A stretch of 64,000 nucleotides of DNA from Candidatus Bathyarchaeota archaeon (GTDB taxonomy: Archaea > Thermoproteota > Bathyarchaeia > Bathyarchaeales > Bathyarchaeaceae), in assembly GCA_963697165.1 (NCBI GenBank), contig CAVOMX010000017.1, positions 24,343 through 88,342 on the forward strand, in the 5' to 3' direction. Both the position numbers and the translations under genes were made by a program. Below are positions 53,655-63,874 of the stretch, piece after piece (positions within the stretch are counted from its first letter, which is position 1; every line of letters starts with the position of its first letter). Under the pieces are notes generated by a model, which was given only the letters and a program-made list of their open reading frames with translations, searched no databases and was not told where the DNA came from.

Positions 53655-53906
53655 CTATTTGATGCGTCTCCAGCCTTGTTTAGTTATGGAAGATGATTGG
53701 CTCTCAAAAACCGTTTTAGCACCGCATTTACAGTTGACATGAATTTTTAGGGTTCCCTTTTCTGTTTGATGAACAGAACCATCTAACACAACCAATTTGA
53801 CTGGAGAAGAAACATTTTTTTTATTATAATAAATTCTTAGAGTACGCTTACACCCGCTACATCTAAGTGTTAGTCGTTGTCCAGTTTGGCTATCAGTTTT
53901 TCCCAC
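53655..53906 (-). CDS. Small zinc-finger-like protein
   Basis: CSGC ... CKCG. Confidence 0.55.
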   Translation of the reverse strand: MGKTDSQTGQRLTLRCSGCKRTLRIYYNKKNVSSPVKLVVLDGSVHQTEKGTLKIHVNCKCGAKTVFESQSSSITKQGWRRIK

Positions 53907-54006
53907 AAGAAACGCTCTCCACTAGTATCTATGTTAATGAACATACATAAAAACGCTTAACATGCAAAAAGTTTTGGAAATTGAATGATTAGGTTTTGGG
54001 CTGTAA

Positions 54007-54055
54007 CTGAAAAAAGGCTGTTTTCAACAATGAAGTCTTATTAGTCTCCTAATAT
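54007..54055 (+). repeat. Repeat family B copy
   Basis: CTGAAAAAAGGCTGTTTTCAACAATGAAGTCTTATTAGTCTCCTAATAT. Confidence 0.85.
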
Positions 54056-54070
54056 CTTAGGAGTTTAAAG

Positions 54071-55323
54071 TTAGTCTGTGCTGTTCCAATAAATGATTTT
54101 TGGGTAGATGTTTGCGAGTGGATAATTTGGGTCGTCATAAACGATATCCATAGTTAAGCCGTACTGATCAAGCAGTTTTTGGGATAAATCCCAGATTTGT
54201 GGGGATAGATCGTCTGGGCCCCAGTATCCCCATATTTTGTCGTCGGGGCGACGCATCCCCCATGCGTAATTTTCAGGAAGAACTAGGGTGGCTTGTGCTG
54301 CTGTTTTTCCGTAATCTTCTGGATTCTGTTTCATGTAGTTCCAGAACTCCTGCATTGCCTCGAAGTGTTCGTCTGTTAATATGCCATAAGGGTTGCCTGG
54401 AGGGTCTGTGGGATAATTGAAAATGATGATGTAGTTTGCTCCTGTTTCATATGAAACGTGCATGTCTGAGAGCATTTCGGGTCCAGTCTTGTAGACTCCT
54501 GTATTGTCTGTTTCATTGCGGTCATTCCATACAATGATTGTGCCCCATTCTTTGTGTTGTACGGTTGCTGCCCCCCTGCATAGGGCGATATGCTGTGCCG
54601 TAATATGATTCCATCCTAATTCAACAAAAACTGTGTCGTAGCCCGCAAGGTAATCAAACCAGTACAAGGCATAATCAGAAGTGAAAGTGATAATTGATTT
54701 ATTATTCAAGATACCAAGTTCTATGTGGGTTCGAAGGTAAGTTAACATAATTGTTTTTTACTAGTTCATAATCTCGGGTTACAGTTTGGTTTTCGTCTTC
54801 TTCGATATACTCTTTTATTGTTTGGTAGACTTCTGGGTCGACTTCTTTTATGTGATGAAACATGAATTCCCAATCATAGTCAAGTTGGATTCCGCCAGGC
54901 TCATCAAAAAAATAAACACCCAAGAAATTGTCTCCCCATTGTTCCTCAGCATAGTCTAGCCATGGAATCTGCCATGGAGCCGCGGGGTCAAACCAGCCAA
55001 AAAACACGATAAAATCTAATCCCGCGTCTAACAGCGTAATCGCAGATTATGTTTGTGGCAGTCTTATTCTTGCTTACTGGTCCTGATTGTAAAACAAAAA
55101 GGTTGGTGTAGTCTTTGGTTTTATCAATTAGCAGTTTTGCCTGGTCAGTTGTGTTTCCACAAAAAGAAACTCCGAAATAGGGTTCTGGCTCGATTGGCAG
55201 TGTTTTCTGTGTTATTCGGGAAATAGATGTACTACAGTTATCATTGAAAAAATAAGTATCGAACTGAGGAAAAACCATCTCAAACTGAGAGATTGACCAA
55301 AGTTTTGAACTCAAATTGAACAT
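54071..55323 (-). CDS. Secreted glycoside-hydrolase-like hypothetical protein split over three ORFs
   Basis: Contiguous frames: YFGVSFCG..YTNLFVLQS, FLGVYFFDEPGG, TSDYALYWFDYLAGYD, YAWGMR. Confidence 0.7.
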
Positions 55324-55551
55324 CCTATCTTTTCGGTTAGAAAAGTAAAAGGATTTCGACCCAAATTAATACTACGAATTTTTCGTATATGCTTTCATTT
55401 AAAATTCAAATGAAGCGAATGAATTTAAATCTAGCGTCAAGGGTACTCTAAATTCAGCTAAAGATAGTTCTCTTCTTAGGGTTGAATCTAGGCGAAAGAA
55501 CATTGTTTCTGCGTCTATAACTAAAAAAGTGTGGATTAAAGCGCAAAAAAG

Positions 55552-55809
55552 TTACGCTTTTATTATTAGCCATTTGAGGGGGATGTCTTGGTATTCTTCG
55601 TTCGGCAACGTTCGTCGTATTGTAATAGGAAGAATCCCAGACTCCAGCTCCACAAGTGCAATATCAATAGGACCAGCACGAGTTTTTGGAGGCTCCACAA
55701 GAATCGGAGCACCCATTGCAATCTGCAAAGCCCTAGCGCCTACTATACGAGCCCGCTCAAAACGGGTCAGTTTAGCAGGTCCAATCGTAACTTCGTTTTG
55801 TTCTGTCGT
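55552..55809 (-). CDS. rpoK: DNA-directed RNA polymerase subunit K/Rpo6 (start uncertain, apparent ACG)
   Basis: [22 protein letters not shown]...LPITIRR. Confidence 0.95.
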   Translation of the reverse strand, partial: TTEQNEVTIGPAKLTRFERARIVGARALQIAMGAPILVEPPKTRAGPIDIALVELESGILPITIRRTLPNEEYQDIPLKWLIIKA

Positions 55810-55813
55810 TTGT

Positions 55814-57487
55814 CTAATACGCTCCTGCGCCAGGAGGCATTCCCATGCCTCCCATGCCTCCCATTCCGCCCATTCCACCGCCTGGTGGCATTGGAGGTGT
55901 TTTCATTTTTCCTGAAGCTATTACATCGTCAATCTTAAGAATTAAAGTTGCGGCTTCGGAACATGATTTGATGATCTGTTTCTTAACTGCCAAAGGCTCC
56001 AAGACGCCAGCTTTCTCCATGTCTCCAGCTTTACCGATGTCAACGTCAACTCCTGCCCAAACTTGTCCTTTATCGTGTAGTGCACGTAGCTCTGAGATTA
56101 TGTCTATCGGGTCTAGTCCAGCGTTTTCTGCTAAAGTGGTTGGTATTACCTCAAGTGCCTCAGCAAACTGCATAACAGCAAGTTGTTCTCTTCCAGGAAG
56201 TGTGTCAGCGTATTCTTTGAGAACTTTTGCAAGTTCCATTTCGGGTGCGCCGCCTCCAGCTAGCAGTTTAGGTTCTTCGACCAGGTCTCCTACAACACAG
56301 AGTGCATCGTGTAGTGAACGTTCTGCCTCGTCAATTATTCTTTCGGTTGCTCCGCGTATGAGGATTGTGACTGCTAACGGATTTTTGCATCCTTCTATGA
56401 AAATCATTTTGGCGTCGCCGATCTTTCGTTCTTCTACGAGCTGGGCGTAGCCAAGGTCCTTCTTGTTTATGTCGTCAAGGTTTGAGACAACTTTCGCGCC
56501 TGTTGCCTTTGCTAATGCTTCCATGTCCGATTTCTTTACGCGTCTGACCGCTAGGATTCCTTTTCGGGAAAGGAAGTGCTGAGCCAAATCGTCAATGCCT
56601 TTCTGACAGAGGACAATATTGGCGCCTTTTGAGAGAACCTTGTCCACCATGCCTTTAATCATGTTTTCTTCCTGTTTGAGGAAAGCATCCATCTGATCTG
56701 GGCTTTCTATGTTAATTTTTGCGTCAAACTCGGTTTTCTCGATCTCAAGTGCAGTATCAATCAAAATAATCGAAGCATTCTCTACACTTTTAGGCATTCC
56801 AGAATGAACTGTCTCTTTGTCAAGAACAATTCCATTTATCAGCTTTGTATCAGTAAGAGATTCGCCAGGCTTTTTCTCAACCTTAATGTTGTCTATGTCT
56901 GCCTTGTAGCTGTCTCCAGTCTTTACGGCAATCTGAAGAACTGCATTAGTGGCGATTTCTCCAAGATAGTCCTTGCTTCCTGACACCATTTTGCTAGCCA
57001 TCGAGGTCATGGCAGCTTTCTTTATGGTTTTCTTGTCAGTTGGGCTGATTTTTATCGCAATTTTCTCCAGAGTTTCAAGAGCCTTTTCAGCAGCTTTCCT
57101 ATAGCCGTCAATAATAATGGTTGGATGAACATTCTTCTCTATGAGCGTTTCAGCTTTTGCAAGCAGTTCTCCTGCAATGATTACAGAAGTTGTGGTGCCG
57201 TCTCCAACTTCATCATCCTGTGTTTTGGCAACCTCCACCATCATCTTTGCGGCTGGGTGCTGAATGTCCATTTCGTCTAAAATTGTGCGTCCGTCGCTGG
57301 TTATTGTCACGTCTCCGAAACTGTCTACCAGCATTTTGTCCATGCCTCTTGGTCCAAGAGCGCTTTTCACTGATTCTGCTACTATTTGCGCAGCCATTAT
57401 GTTGGCGTGCTGGGCTTGTTGCCCTCTTGACCGGGATGCTCCTTCACGGAGTACAAGAACCGGTGTTCCAGTTAATTCAGAAGACAA
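55814..57487 (-). CDS. ths: Thermosome (group II chaperonin) subunit
   Basis: [30 protein letters not shown] tail. Confidence 0.98.
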   Translation of the reverse strand: MSSELTGTPVLVLREGASRSRGQQAQHANIMAAQIVAESVKSALGPRGMDKMLVDSFGDVTITSDGRTILDEMDIQHPAAKMMVEVAKTQDDEVGDGTTTSVIIAGELLAKAETLIEKNVHPTIIIDGYRKAAEKALETLEKIAIKISPTDKKTIKKAAMTSMASKMVSGSKDYLGEIATNAVLQIAVKTGDSYKADIDNIKVEKKPGESLTDTKLINGIVLDKETVHSGMPKSVENASIILIDTALEIEKTEFDAKINIESPDQMDAFLKQEENMIKGMVDKVLSKGANIVLCQKGIDDLAQHFLSRKGILAVRRVKKSDMEALAKATGAKVVSNLDDINKKDLGYAQLVEERKIGDAKMIFIEGCKNPLAVTILIRGATERIIDEAERSLHDALCVVGDLVEEPKLLAGGGAPEMELAKVLKEYADTLPGREQLAVMQFAEALEVIPTTLAENAGLDPIDIISELRALHDKGQVWAGVDVDIGKAGDMEKAGVLEPLAVKKQIIKSCSEAATLILKIDDVIASGKMKTPPMPPGGGMGGMGGMGGMGMPPGAGAY

Positions 57488-57854
57488 TTAATCATTTCTC
57501 CTTAATTTGTATCGCAAACTTAGAAATTATCTTGAGATATAAAGATTGCTGTATATTAAGATAAACCAGAATGGACGAGACGAAAAATCGTTTTTTAAAA
57601 TACGAAGGGTTTCATTTTTAGTTAACTATCAAAAAAATAGATATTATGGTGAATATTTTTTAACAAAAACCTTTTTCTTTTGTTCAAGTAAAGCATTTTG
57701 ATCATTAATGGCGCGTTTTTGTTTACGGCGAACCCTCTTTGGTAAAAAACGATAAGAAATAACATATTAATTCATTTTTGAATCAAGAATTGTTCAGCGA
57801 GCATGTAGTTATGTGTAGGTAGTTTAATAAAAAGCGTCGATAGACATTAGTCGT

Positions 57855-57880
57855 AGTGTTTAGAATGAGTGTATTCTAAA
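57855..57880 (+). repeat. Putative attL: 18-bp core within the TTTAGAAT-N6-ATTCTAAA dyad
   Basis: Direct repeat with 63875-63892. Confidence 0.8.
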
Positions 57881-57885
57881 TAGAC

Positions 57886-57963
57886 TGGTGACGTCTCCAC
57901 TTTTTACTCGCAACTTCCCCCTTTTTTGACAAGAATATCTCCCACAAAAATCCCCCTTTTTTT
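57886..57963 (+). repeat. Repeat family D copies (one full, one partial)
   Basis: TGGTGACGTCTCCA...GCAACTTCCCCCTTTTTT then AATATCTCCCACAAAAATCCCCCTTTTTTT. Confidence 0.65.
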
Positions 57964-58024
57964 AAATTTAGAATTGCACTTACATAAGAAGGGTAAATAT
58001 TTGTTTAACTAACCAACAAAGGGT

Positions 58025-58227
58025 GGCAAGGTATTACGGTTTGCGTGCGTCTAGACCGTAAGACAGCATAAGGTTCGGTGCTGAGAAGGTAACACGCCCC
58101 CTCTCGGTTTCAGTTAGCACGTCGCTAGCCGCAGTGTTTCTGTGTCAGTTAGCCAAAGCCAACCGTTTCTGTTGCAAACATAGCCGCCAACTATACTTCC
58201 GTAACCGTATGCCATTTGTCCCTTGCC
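58025..58227. ncRNA. Candidate structured non-coding element
   Basis: GC-richer than flanks; terminal GGCAAGG/CCTTGCC pairing and internal stems; no family recognised. Confidence 0.3.
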
Positions 58228-58390
58228 GTAACAATATCATCATTATTTTCTTGTTTATAGGATTTGTTGAACAATAAATTAACAGAAACATCTAATAAAT
58301 TAGCAAAAATCCCCTTTTTTCAGATTCTTCTGCAAATGCTCAGGAGTTAGGCATATTAACTTGATGTCACAATATTATTATGGGGGAGCT

Positions 58391-58585
58391 ATGGTGAAAT
58401 GTATTTTTAGTTCTGAAATCGATTGCCCATCATATGAAGCTCAAAAAGAGTTAGGATATGAACCCAACCCCAAAGAAATTCAGGAGAAAGCTTGTCCTCA
58501 GTGTCCAAACGGACCTAACAGTTTTAAAAAAAATAGAGTATACATTCGCCAAAATGTGCCATCCCGTGGTAACTACATATTCTAG
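58391..58585 (+). CDS. Small Cys-rich protein
   Basis: MVKCIF...DCP...ACPQCP; GGGGAG upstream. Confidence 0.55.
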   Translation: MVKCIFSSEIDCPSYEAQKELGYEPNPKEIQEKACPQCPNGPNSFKKNRVYIRQNVPSRGNYIF

Positions 58586-58647
58586 AATTGCATATTAGCT
58601 CAAGAATCATATTAAAGGGGGATACATTCGCTGAAATGTTCCCCCTA

Positions 58648-58679
58648 GTGGAGACATCTTCCGTAATTCCCCTTTTTTT
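58648..58679 (+). repeat. Repeat family D copy
   Basis: GTGGAGACATCTTCCGTAATTCCCCTTTTTTT. Confidence 0.65.
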
Positions 58680-58796
58680 AAAAAAAGAGATAATCGTTTG
58701 GTAGAAACGCCATAAATTATTAGCTTTGACTTTTTGCGCGCGCGCATTACACGAAACATGTTCAGTCTTCAGTGAAAGAATGATAATGCAAATGAA

Positions 58797-58863
58797 GGAA
58801 ATGGCTGTTCATTCCATGATGGTGATATCACCACTGTGTTTTTGCAAAAACCCCCCCTTTTTT
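58797..58863 (+). repeat. Repeat family D long copy
   Basis: GGAAATGGCTGTTCATTCCATGATGGTGATATCACCACTGTGTTTTTGCAAAAACCCCCCCTTTTTT. Confidence 0.85.
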
Positions 58864-58922
58864 GAGATATTATAGTTTAATCCTGAATCTTAGTCACTCA
58901 AAGTTTCTTAAAAAACTCTTTT

Positions 58923-59621
58923 ATGAATAGTTTCTTAATGATATATCGGGGAACAGTTTTGAAGAAAGCACTAGTTATAATCGGCGTTTGCTTGATTTTT
59001 CTTGGATCATTTTCAAGTGGTTACATTTTGGGACTTGGCCCATTCTTTATTTGGGAAACGGAAATTTATCGAGTCCCTATGTCACTTTTTAGTGATTATA
59101 AGATTATTCGTTACGATTCCTTTGAAGCTAAATCATTCAATTTGGAAACTGGGGAAGAGCTGATAATAAGTTTTGAAGTTACAAATTACACTAAATTGGA
59201 AGATGATATTATTGATATCACCGAAAATAGTGGTAATGTTATTGACTTCTTTGTTCTTGATAAAGAAAACTTCATAAAATGGAAAAATGGAGAAGAAACA
59301 ATAAACCATTTTTATGCACATAGATTGACTTCGGTAAGTCCTAATATCACCATTCCATACGAAAATAACTGGACTTTTGTTCTGGATAACACATTTACCA
59401 ACACAGAGACAAAGGAATTACTTATTGATGTAGATATTATTACTATTCTCCCCTTTCACGGAGATATTGTTGACCGATTTCCTACATTCGTTTTTTTTTC
59501 AGTGATAATAATTTTTTTTGGAATATTACTGGTGGTATTTGGTCTACTGAAAAAGAATTGTAGCAACTCTAAAAGTTATGATTTACAAAAAGAAACCACT
59601 ACAAGTGAAAAACTGATTTAG
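58923..59621 (+). CDS. Membrane protein with extracellular beta-sandwich (GOLD-like) domain
   Basis: N- and C-terminal TM helices; IDFFVLDKENF and WTFVLDN motifs. Confidence 0.65.
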   Translation: MNSFLMIYRGTVLKKALVIIGVCLIFLGSFSSGYILGLGPFFIWETEIYRVPMSLFSDYKIIRYDSFEAKSFNLETGEELIISFEVTNYTKLEDDIIDITENSGNVIDFFVLDKENFIKWKNGEETINHFYAHRLTSVSPNITIPYENNWTFVLDNTFTNTETKELLIDVDIITILPFHGDIVDRFPTFVFFSVIIIFFGILLVVFGLLKKNCSNSKSYDLQKETTTSEKLI

Positions 59622-59627
59622 TTCTAT

Positions 59628-59696
59628 GGAAATGGCTGTTCGTTCCATTGTGGAGATATCTCCCACTTGTTTTCTTGCAGAAACTACCCTTTTTTT
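59628..59696 (+). repeat. Repeat family D long copy
   Basis: GGAAATGGCTGTTCGTTCCATTGTGGAGATATCTCCCACTTGTTTTCTTGCAGAAACTACCCTTTTTTT. Confidence 0.85.
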
Positions 59697-59761
59697 AGTG
59701 TTCTTTGTTTTCATGTTCAATTACTTTCTTTATATCATATCTTTCAAACATGCAGTTCCAG

Positions 59762-59974
59762 CTACAAATCCAAGGACCATTTAGAGTTTTTCTGTAAACC
59801 AACTTCTGTATCATCGGTTTTTTCATAAGTAATCTTCAATGGTTCAATCGAAAGTTTTCTATTACAGGACGGACATTTTCCCTCAGTTCTTTTTCGTAGC
59901 CTATAGATTGGAATCATGTCTCTTCCTTCATAGAGTATTTTTCTACATTCATGACAAACTAACCTCAAAGCCAT
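59762..59974 (-). CDS. Small zinc-ribbon protein
   Basis: CHEC...CPSC. Confidence 0.8.
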   Translation of the reverse strand: MALRLVCHECRKILYEGRDMIPIYRLRKRTEGKCPSCNRKLSIEPLKITYEKTDDTEVGLQKNSKWSLDL

Positions 59975-60193
59975 TTACTATACACCAATTTCTAAAACTA
60001 CATATCTAAATTTAGAACTTGAGTCCAAAAGAAAAGTTACATCCCAGAGAGCAAACCGATACTAAACTTTTCGACTTGTGTTTTGAGTATATTACAGAAA
60101 TGGAAGGAATCAAACTCTTCCGAAAGAGGAAATGGCCTTTCCTACCGTCTTCTTTTTTAACGCCTGCCCCGTTACTTTTAGATGGGAATAATT

Positions 60194-60959
60194 TTGAATG
60201 CAAAATATCAAGTCTATAAAGACATTGGAGGAAAATACAGATTTCGGCTTCGAGCAGCCAATAATAAGATTCTTGTGGTAAGTGAAGGATACCAAACTAA
60301 AGCGGGATGCCTAAACGGTGTGACATCTGTTACAAAAAAATTGTCAATCTAAAATAGAAGATAAAACTATTGAATGCCAAAAACTGTCTAACCCAAAGTA
60401 TGAACTTTTTGTAGATGCCAGTTTAAAGTTCAGATTTAATTTGATTGCAGCTAATGGTCAAATAATTGCTTCTAGTGAGGGTTACAACAGCAAACAAGGA
60501 TGCATACGAGGAATTGATGCAGTCAAGAATAGTTGTGAAAATGCTGTCGAAGATTTAACAACCAATAAAACTGTTGATAAAAAAGTTGAGAACCATGCTA
60601 TGGGGATTGTAGATACAGGCATAGCGATGCTCTCCCCACCCAATGTTGTAGATTCAGATTCGACAGTGACTTTTGAAGGGTGGCTTATGCATAGCAAGAC
60701 AGGGAGAGGCATAGAAAATGCTACAATCAACATTTGGGAAAGTGACAGGTCGTTCATGAGTGATGCATTGCTAACATCTGGAGTAACAGCCAAGGACGGC
60801 AGCTTCAACATAAATTGGACGGCAAAACCGCAGGATTGGTGGGATGACACCGTAGAACTTTATGCAAAATTCAAAGGAACAGAAAAACACAAACCAGTAA
60901 GAAGCGCAAATTATCAAATAAAAGTTCTAAGGCATACAAAACAAAAAGTTGGAAGTTAA
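60194..60959 (+). CDS. Tandem DUF1508 (YegP-like) protein with C-terminal beta domain, frameshift near 60332
   Basis: KYQVYKDIGGKYRFRLRAANNKILVVSEGY and KYELFVDASLKFRFNLIAANGQIIASSEGY. Confidence 0.85.
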
Positions 60960-60960
60960 G

Positions 60961-60991
60961 CTTAGGCTAAATTTTAACCCCAAACCCAAAC
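60961..60991 (-). repeat. Repeat family A copy (reverse orientation)
   Basis: Reverse strand GTTTGGGTTTGGGGTTAAAATTTAGCCTAAG. Confidence 0.85.
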
Positions 60992-61044
60992 TAAGACACC
61001 AATCTTAAATGTTAAGAAAGTGAATAAAAGATAGGGGATTTTGT

Positions 61045-61473
61045 ATGTCATTGGAAGCGAATAAGACGATAGTTCGTAGGATGATTGAAGCCTATAACCA
61101 GCATAACTTGGACTGGTTTGACGAGTTTATCGCACCAGATTATTTTGACCACTCTAATCAAGTCGGTTCAGATGGGGTAAAACAATTATTTATCATGGGT
61201 TTCAAAGGATTCCCTGATTGGCATGAAGCTATTGACGATATCATTGCTGAAGGAGATAAGGTATGGCTTCATCTTACTTATACAGGGACACATACTGGTG
61301 AATTTTTTGGACTACCCCCTACGGGAAATAAGGTTACCATGAAGGCTGTTGCCATCTATCGCATCGCTAATGGCAAACTTGTAGAAGGATGGTTCATCAA
61401 TGACGGACTGGATATGTTCAAACAGATAGGGGCTATCGAATTTACAGAAAAAGGAAAGAAAATCTTTCCATGA
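61045..61473 (+). CDS. SnoaL-like ester cyclase family protein
   Basis: NKTIVRR, FPD, IAEGDKV, GTHTGEFFGLPPTG. Confidence 0.92.
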   Translation: MSLEANKTIVRRMIEAYNQHNLDWFDEFIAPDYFDHSNQVGSDGVKQLFIMGFKGFPDWHEAIDDIIAEGDKVWLHLTYTGTHTGEFFGLPPTGNKVTMKAVAIYRIANGKLVEGWFINDGLDMFKQIGAIEFTEKGKKIFP

Positions 61474-61562
61474 AGTGTCAAATAATCTCGAGCTTGGGCA
61501 AAAAAAGGGTAATGTTGTAATAACTTTCGACTATAATAAAAAAATCTAATGTTGTGTTGTCA

Positions 61563-62034
61563 ATGAAGTCTCTATTGGTTGTGTTTTCATATCATCATAA
61601 TAATACTGAAAAAATAGCTAATGTCTTCGCAAAAGTTCTTGATGCACCAGATAAAAACGCCACAACAAATAAACCCTGAAGAGCTTCAAGAGTATGACTT
61701 GGTAGGTTTTGGTGCAGGGATAGATAGTGGAAAACATTACAAGGTTATGCTTGACCTTGCTGACAAACTGCCGCAAGTAGACAACAAGAACGCATTCATT
61801 TTTTCAACCGCTGCATTAACCGACGAAAAAAAAACGAGGCAAAGACCACTCAACACTTAAAGAAAAATTGGAATCTAAGGGTTATAGGATTGTTGATGAA
61901 TTTCAATGTAAAGGTTTTAACACTAATAGTTTTATGAGGTTTTTGGGGGAATGAACAGAGGCAGACCTAATTCTAAAGACCTCAAAAATGCAGAAGAGTT
62001 TGTTCAGAACCTAAAGCAGAACCTACAAACGTAA
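61563..62034 (+). CDS. Flavodoxin family protein, frameshifted
   Basis: SYHHNNTEKIA, YDLVGFGAGI, FIFST, EFQCKG, GRPN. Confidence 0.85.
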
Positions 62035-62250
62035 AATCTTGAAAAAATAACATTTTAAGGATAATCATTCACTAAAGATGAAAATAGTTTGAACGAGGTT
62101 TGATGTAAAATTTTAATCAATTGATTAAATCAAATCTCCCGCAACTCCCCCTTTTTAATACTTGAATGATTTTCGGGTATTACTTTTCCTTATTTGAAGA
62201 AAAAAGTAAAAAGATTGTTGCTGATAAAAAGTAATGGAGTCAAACACATC

Positions 62251-62811
62251 GTGAATGAGATACTTGTCATAGGTTCTATAGCTCACGAAGAAGCAGATAT
62301 TATTGAATGGACACAACCTTTTGGTGCTCTAGAAAAATACAACTCCCTCATTATTGAACTAACTTCATTTCCAAAAGATTATCCACGAACTCTCTTCAAA
62401 AACATAGCCATACTCAAAAGAACCTCGCGTGTTTTCATTCGAGACAAAAAAGAAATCTTCTGCATCATGGAAAAACCCTTCAAAATCTTATTCAAACATA
62501 TTCCCCTAAACTACTCATGGATACCTTTTCCAGAAAAACTAACAGTCAACCCAATGCTTCTTGGAAAGACAATACATAACAAGAATGAAAGATTCGAAAA
62601 ATACATCAAAAACGTCGAAAAATGGGATAATGAACTATTCTGGGAAACCACAGAAAATTGCAGGTTTGAATCTATTGCCGTTAACAAATCTCAAAACTCG
62701 ATAGCCGCTACAATAACTATAGGGAATAGAGGACAAATTCATTTCTTGCCAAAAATATCTTCTTCTAAGGCTATAGAACTTTTGATTGATTTGATTAACA
62801 AAAACAGTTGA
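62251..62811 (+). CDS. Hypothetical protein
   Basis: Uninterrupted ORF; start between 62194 and 62251. Confidence 0.6.
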   Translation: MNEILVIGSIAHEEADIIEWTQPFGALEKYNSLIIELTSFPKDYPRTLFKNIAILKRTSRVFIRDKKEIFCIMEKPFKILFKHIPLNYSWIPFPEKLTVNPMLLGKTIHNKNERFEKYIKNVEKWDNELFWETTENCRFESIAVNKSQNSIAATITIGNRGQIHFLPKISSSKAIELLIDLINKNS

Positions 62812-62874
62812 TTGGAAACAGAAACTAAAAATGGCGGAAAAAAATCCCATTTTTTAGCTAATCTTTGGTTCTAA

Positions 62875-63123
62875 TTATTCTTTTGAATCTCTAAATCTTC
62901 TTTTTTTTGAAGATTTGGTTCGCATCAGAACTGCGATCGAATGAGAACATTTTTTTCTTCATAAAAACCCGAGACAATTACAACTTACTTTTCTATCGTA
63001 ATTCTGAACAACAATATATGTCCCATGGTCTCCAACAACATTGAATTTTCCTCCACCTAAAGACTCGACTCGACCACTATTAAGTAAATTCTCAGCTTTC
63101 TGAACTAACCTTTCATTGGGCAT
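62875..63123 (-). pseudogene. SWIM zinc-finger protein with an in-frame TGA (missing from the ORF track)
   Basis: MPNERLVQKAENLLNSGRV...GDHGTYIV...SCNCLGFL*RKKCSHSIAV. Confidence 0.75.
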
Positions 63124-63272
63124 TCAAACAACCATTCTTTAAAGTTGTAAATAACAGCAAATAAAAACGTGTTCGGTTTAGTAATATGTTAACACTGGTT
63201 TCTGAATTTTTTGGTATCAGATTTTTCTTCTGGAAAGATGTCTTCGATTTCATAATATTCTTCTCTCATTAA

Positions 63273-63851
63273 ATTATATCTATCAATGATAATGGAAAAA
63301 AGGCAGTTACAAGCCTTCAACTCTTGAAAGAAATAGGTATGCGAAGCGGGGAAACATGGAATCTTGAATGGACACATATAGACATCGAAAACCTCACAGT
63401 TAATTATACACCGGAAAAACATGGCAATCCACGACAGTTTAACGTATATGGAACACTCATGGTGATGCTTAACACTTTACCAAAGACAGGAACAAAAGTT
63501 TTCGGAAACACAAGTTTGATAGCTCATAGAAACAACTTTACACCTCAAAGAAAAAGAATATCCCAAAAATTACATAATCCACGAATCCTCAAAATCAGTT
63601 TTCACACGATAAGACATTGGAAGGCAACAACAGAATACCATAAGACCAAAAATATTCTACACGTTAAAGAGATGCTTTGGCATAGAAGGATCAGTAGCAC
63701 ATTACTTTACAAACACCTCATTAACTTTGAAATCAAAGACTATCATGTGAAAACAGCCAAAACATTAAAAGAAGCATGCGACTTGGCTAAGGTAGGTTTC
63801 AGCTACTTCACCACTATAGAAGGTATACAAATCTTCAGGAAACAAAAATGA
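63273..63851 (+). pseudogene. Tyrosine integrase, N-terminally truncated
   Basis: GMRSGE, EKHG, HTIRH, LWH, TLLY; in-frame stop at 63270-63272 just upstream. Confidence 0.85.
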
Positions 63852-63874
63852 AAAACTATACGAAATTGGGCAGA

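Noticed and set aside
55814..55878. [13 protein letters not shown]-terminal extension of RpoK
   Set aside because: It is an alternative-frame reading of the thermosome GGM tail.
58045..58230. Group II intron or tmRNA-like element
   Set aside because: A GTGCG and a 7-bp terminal stem are present, but there is no domain V, no T-arm and no RT ORF.
62095..62120. Additional family A copy
   Set aside because: GAGGTTTGATGTAAAATTTTAATCAA is too degenerate to distinguish from AT-rich background.
62960..62962. TGA in the SWIM gene as selenocysteine
   Set aside because: Not at a conserved Cys position, and no SECIS-like element recognised.
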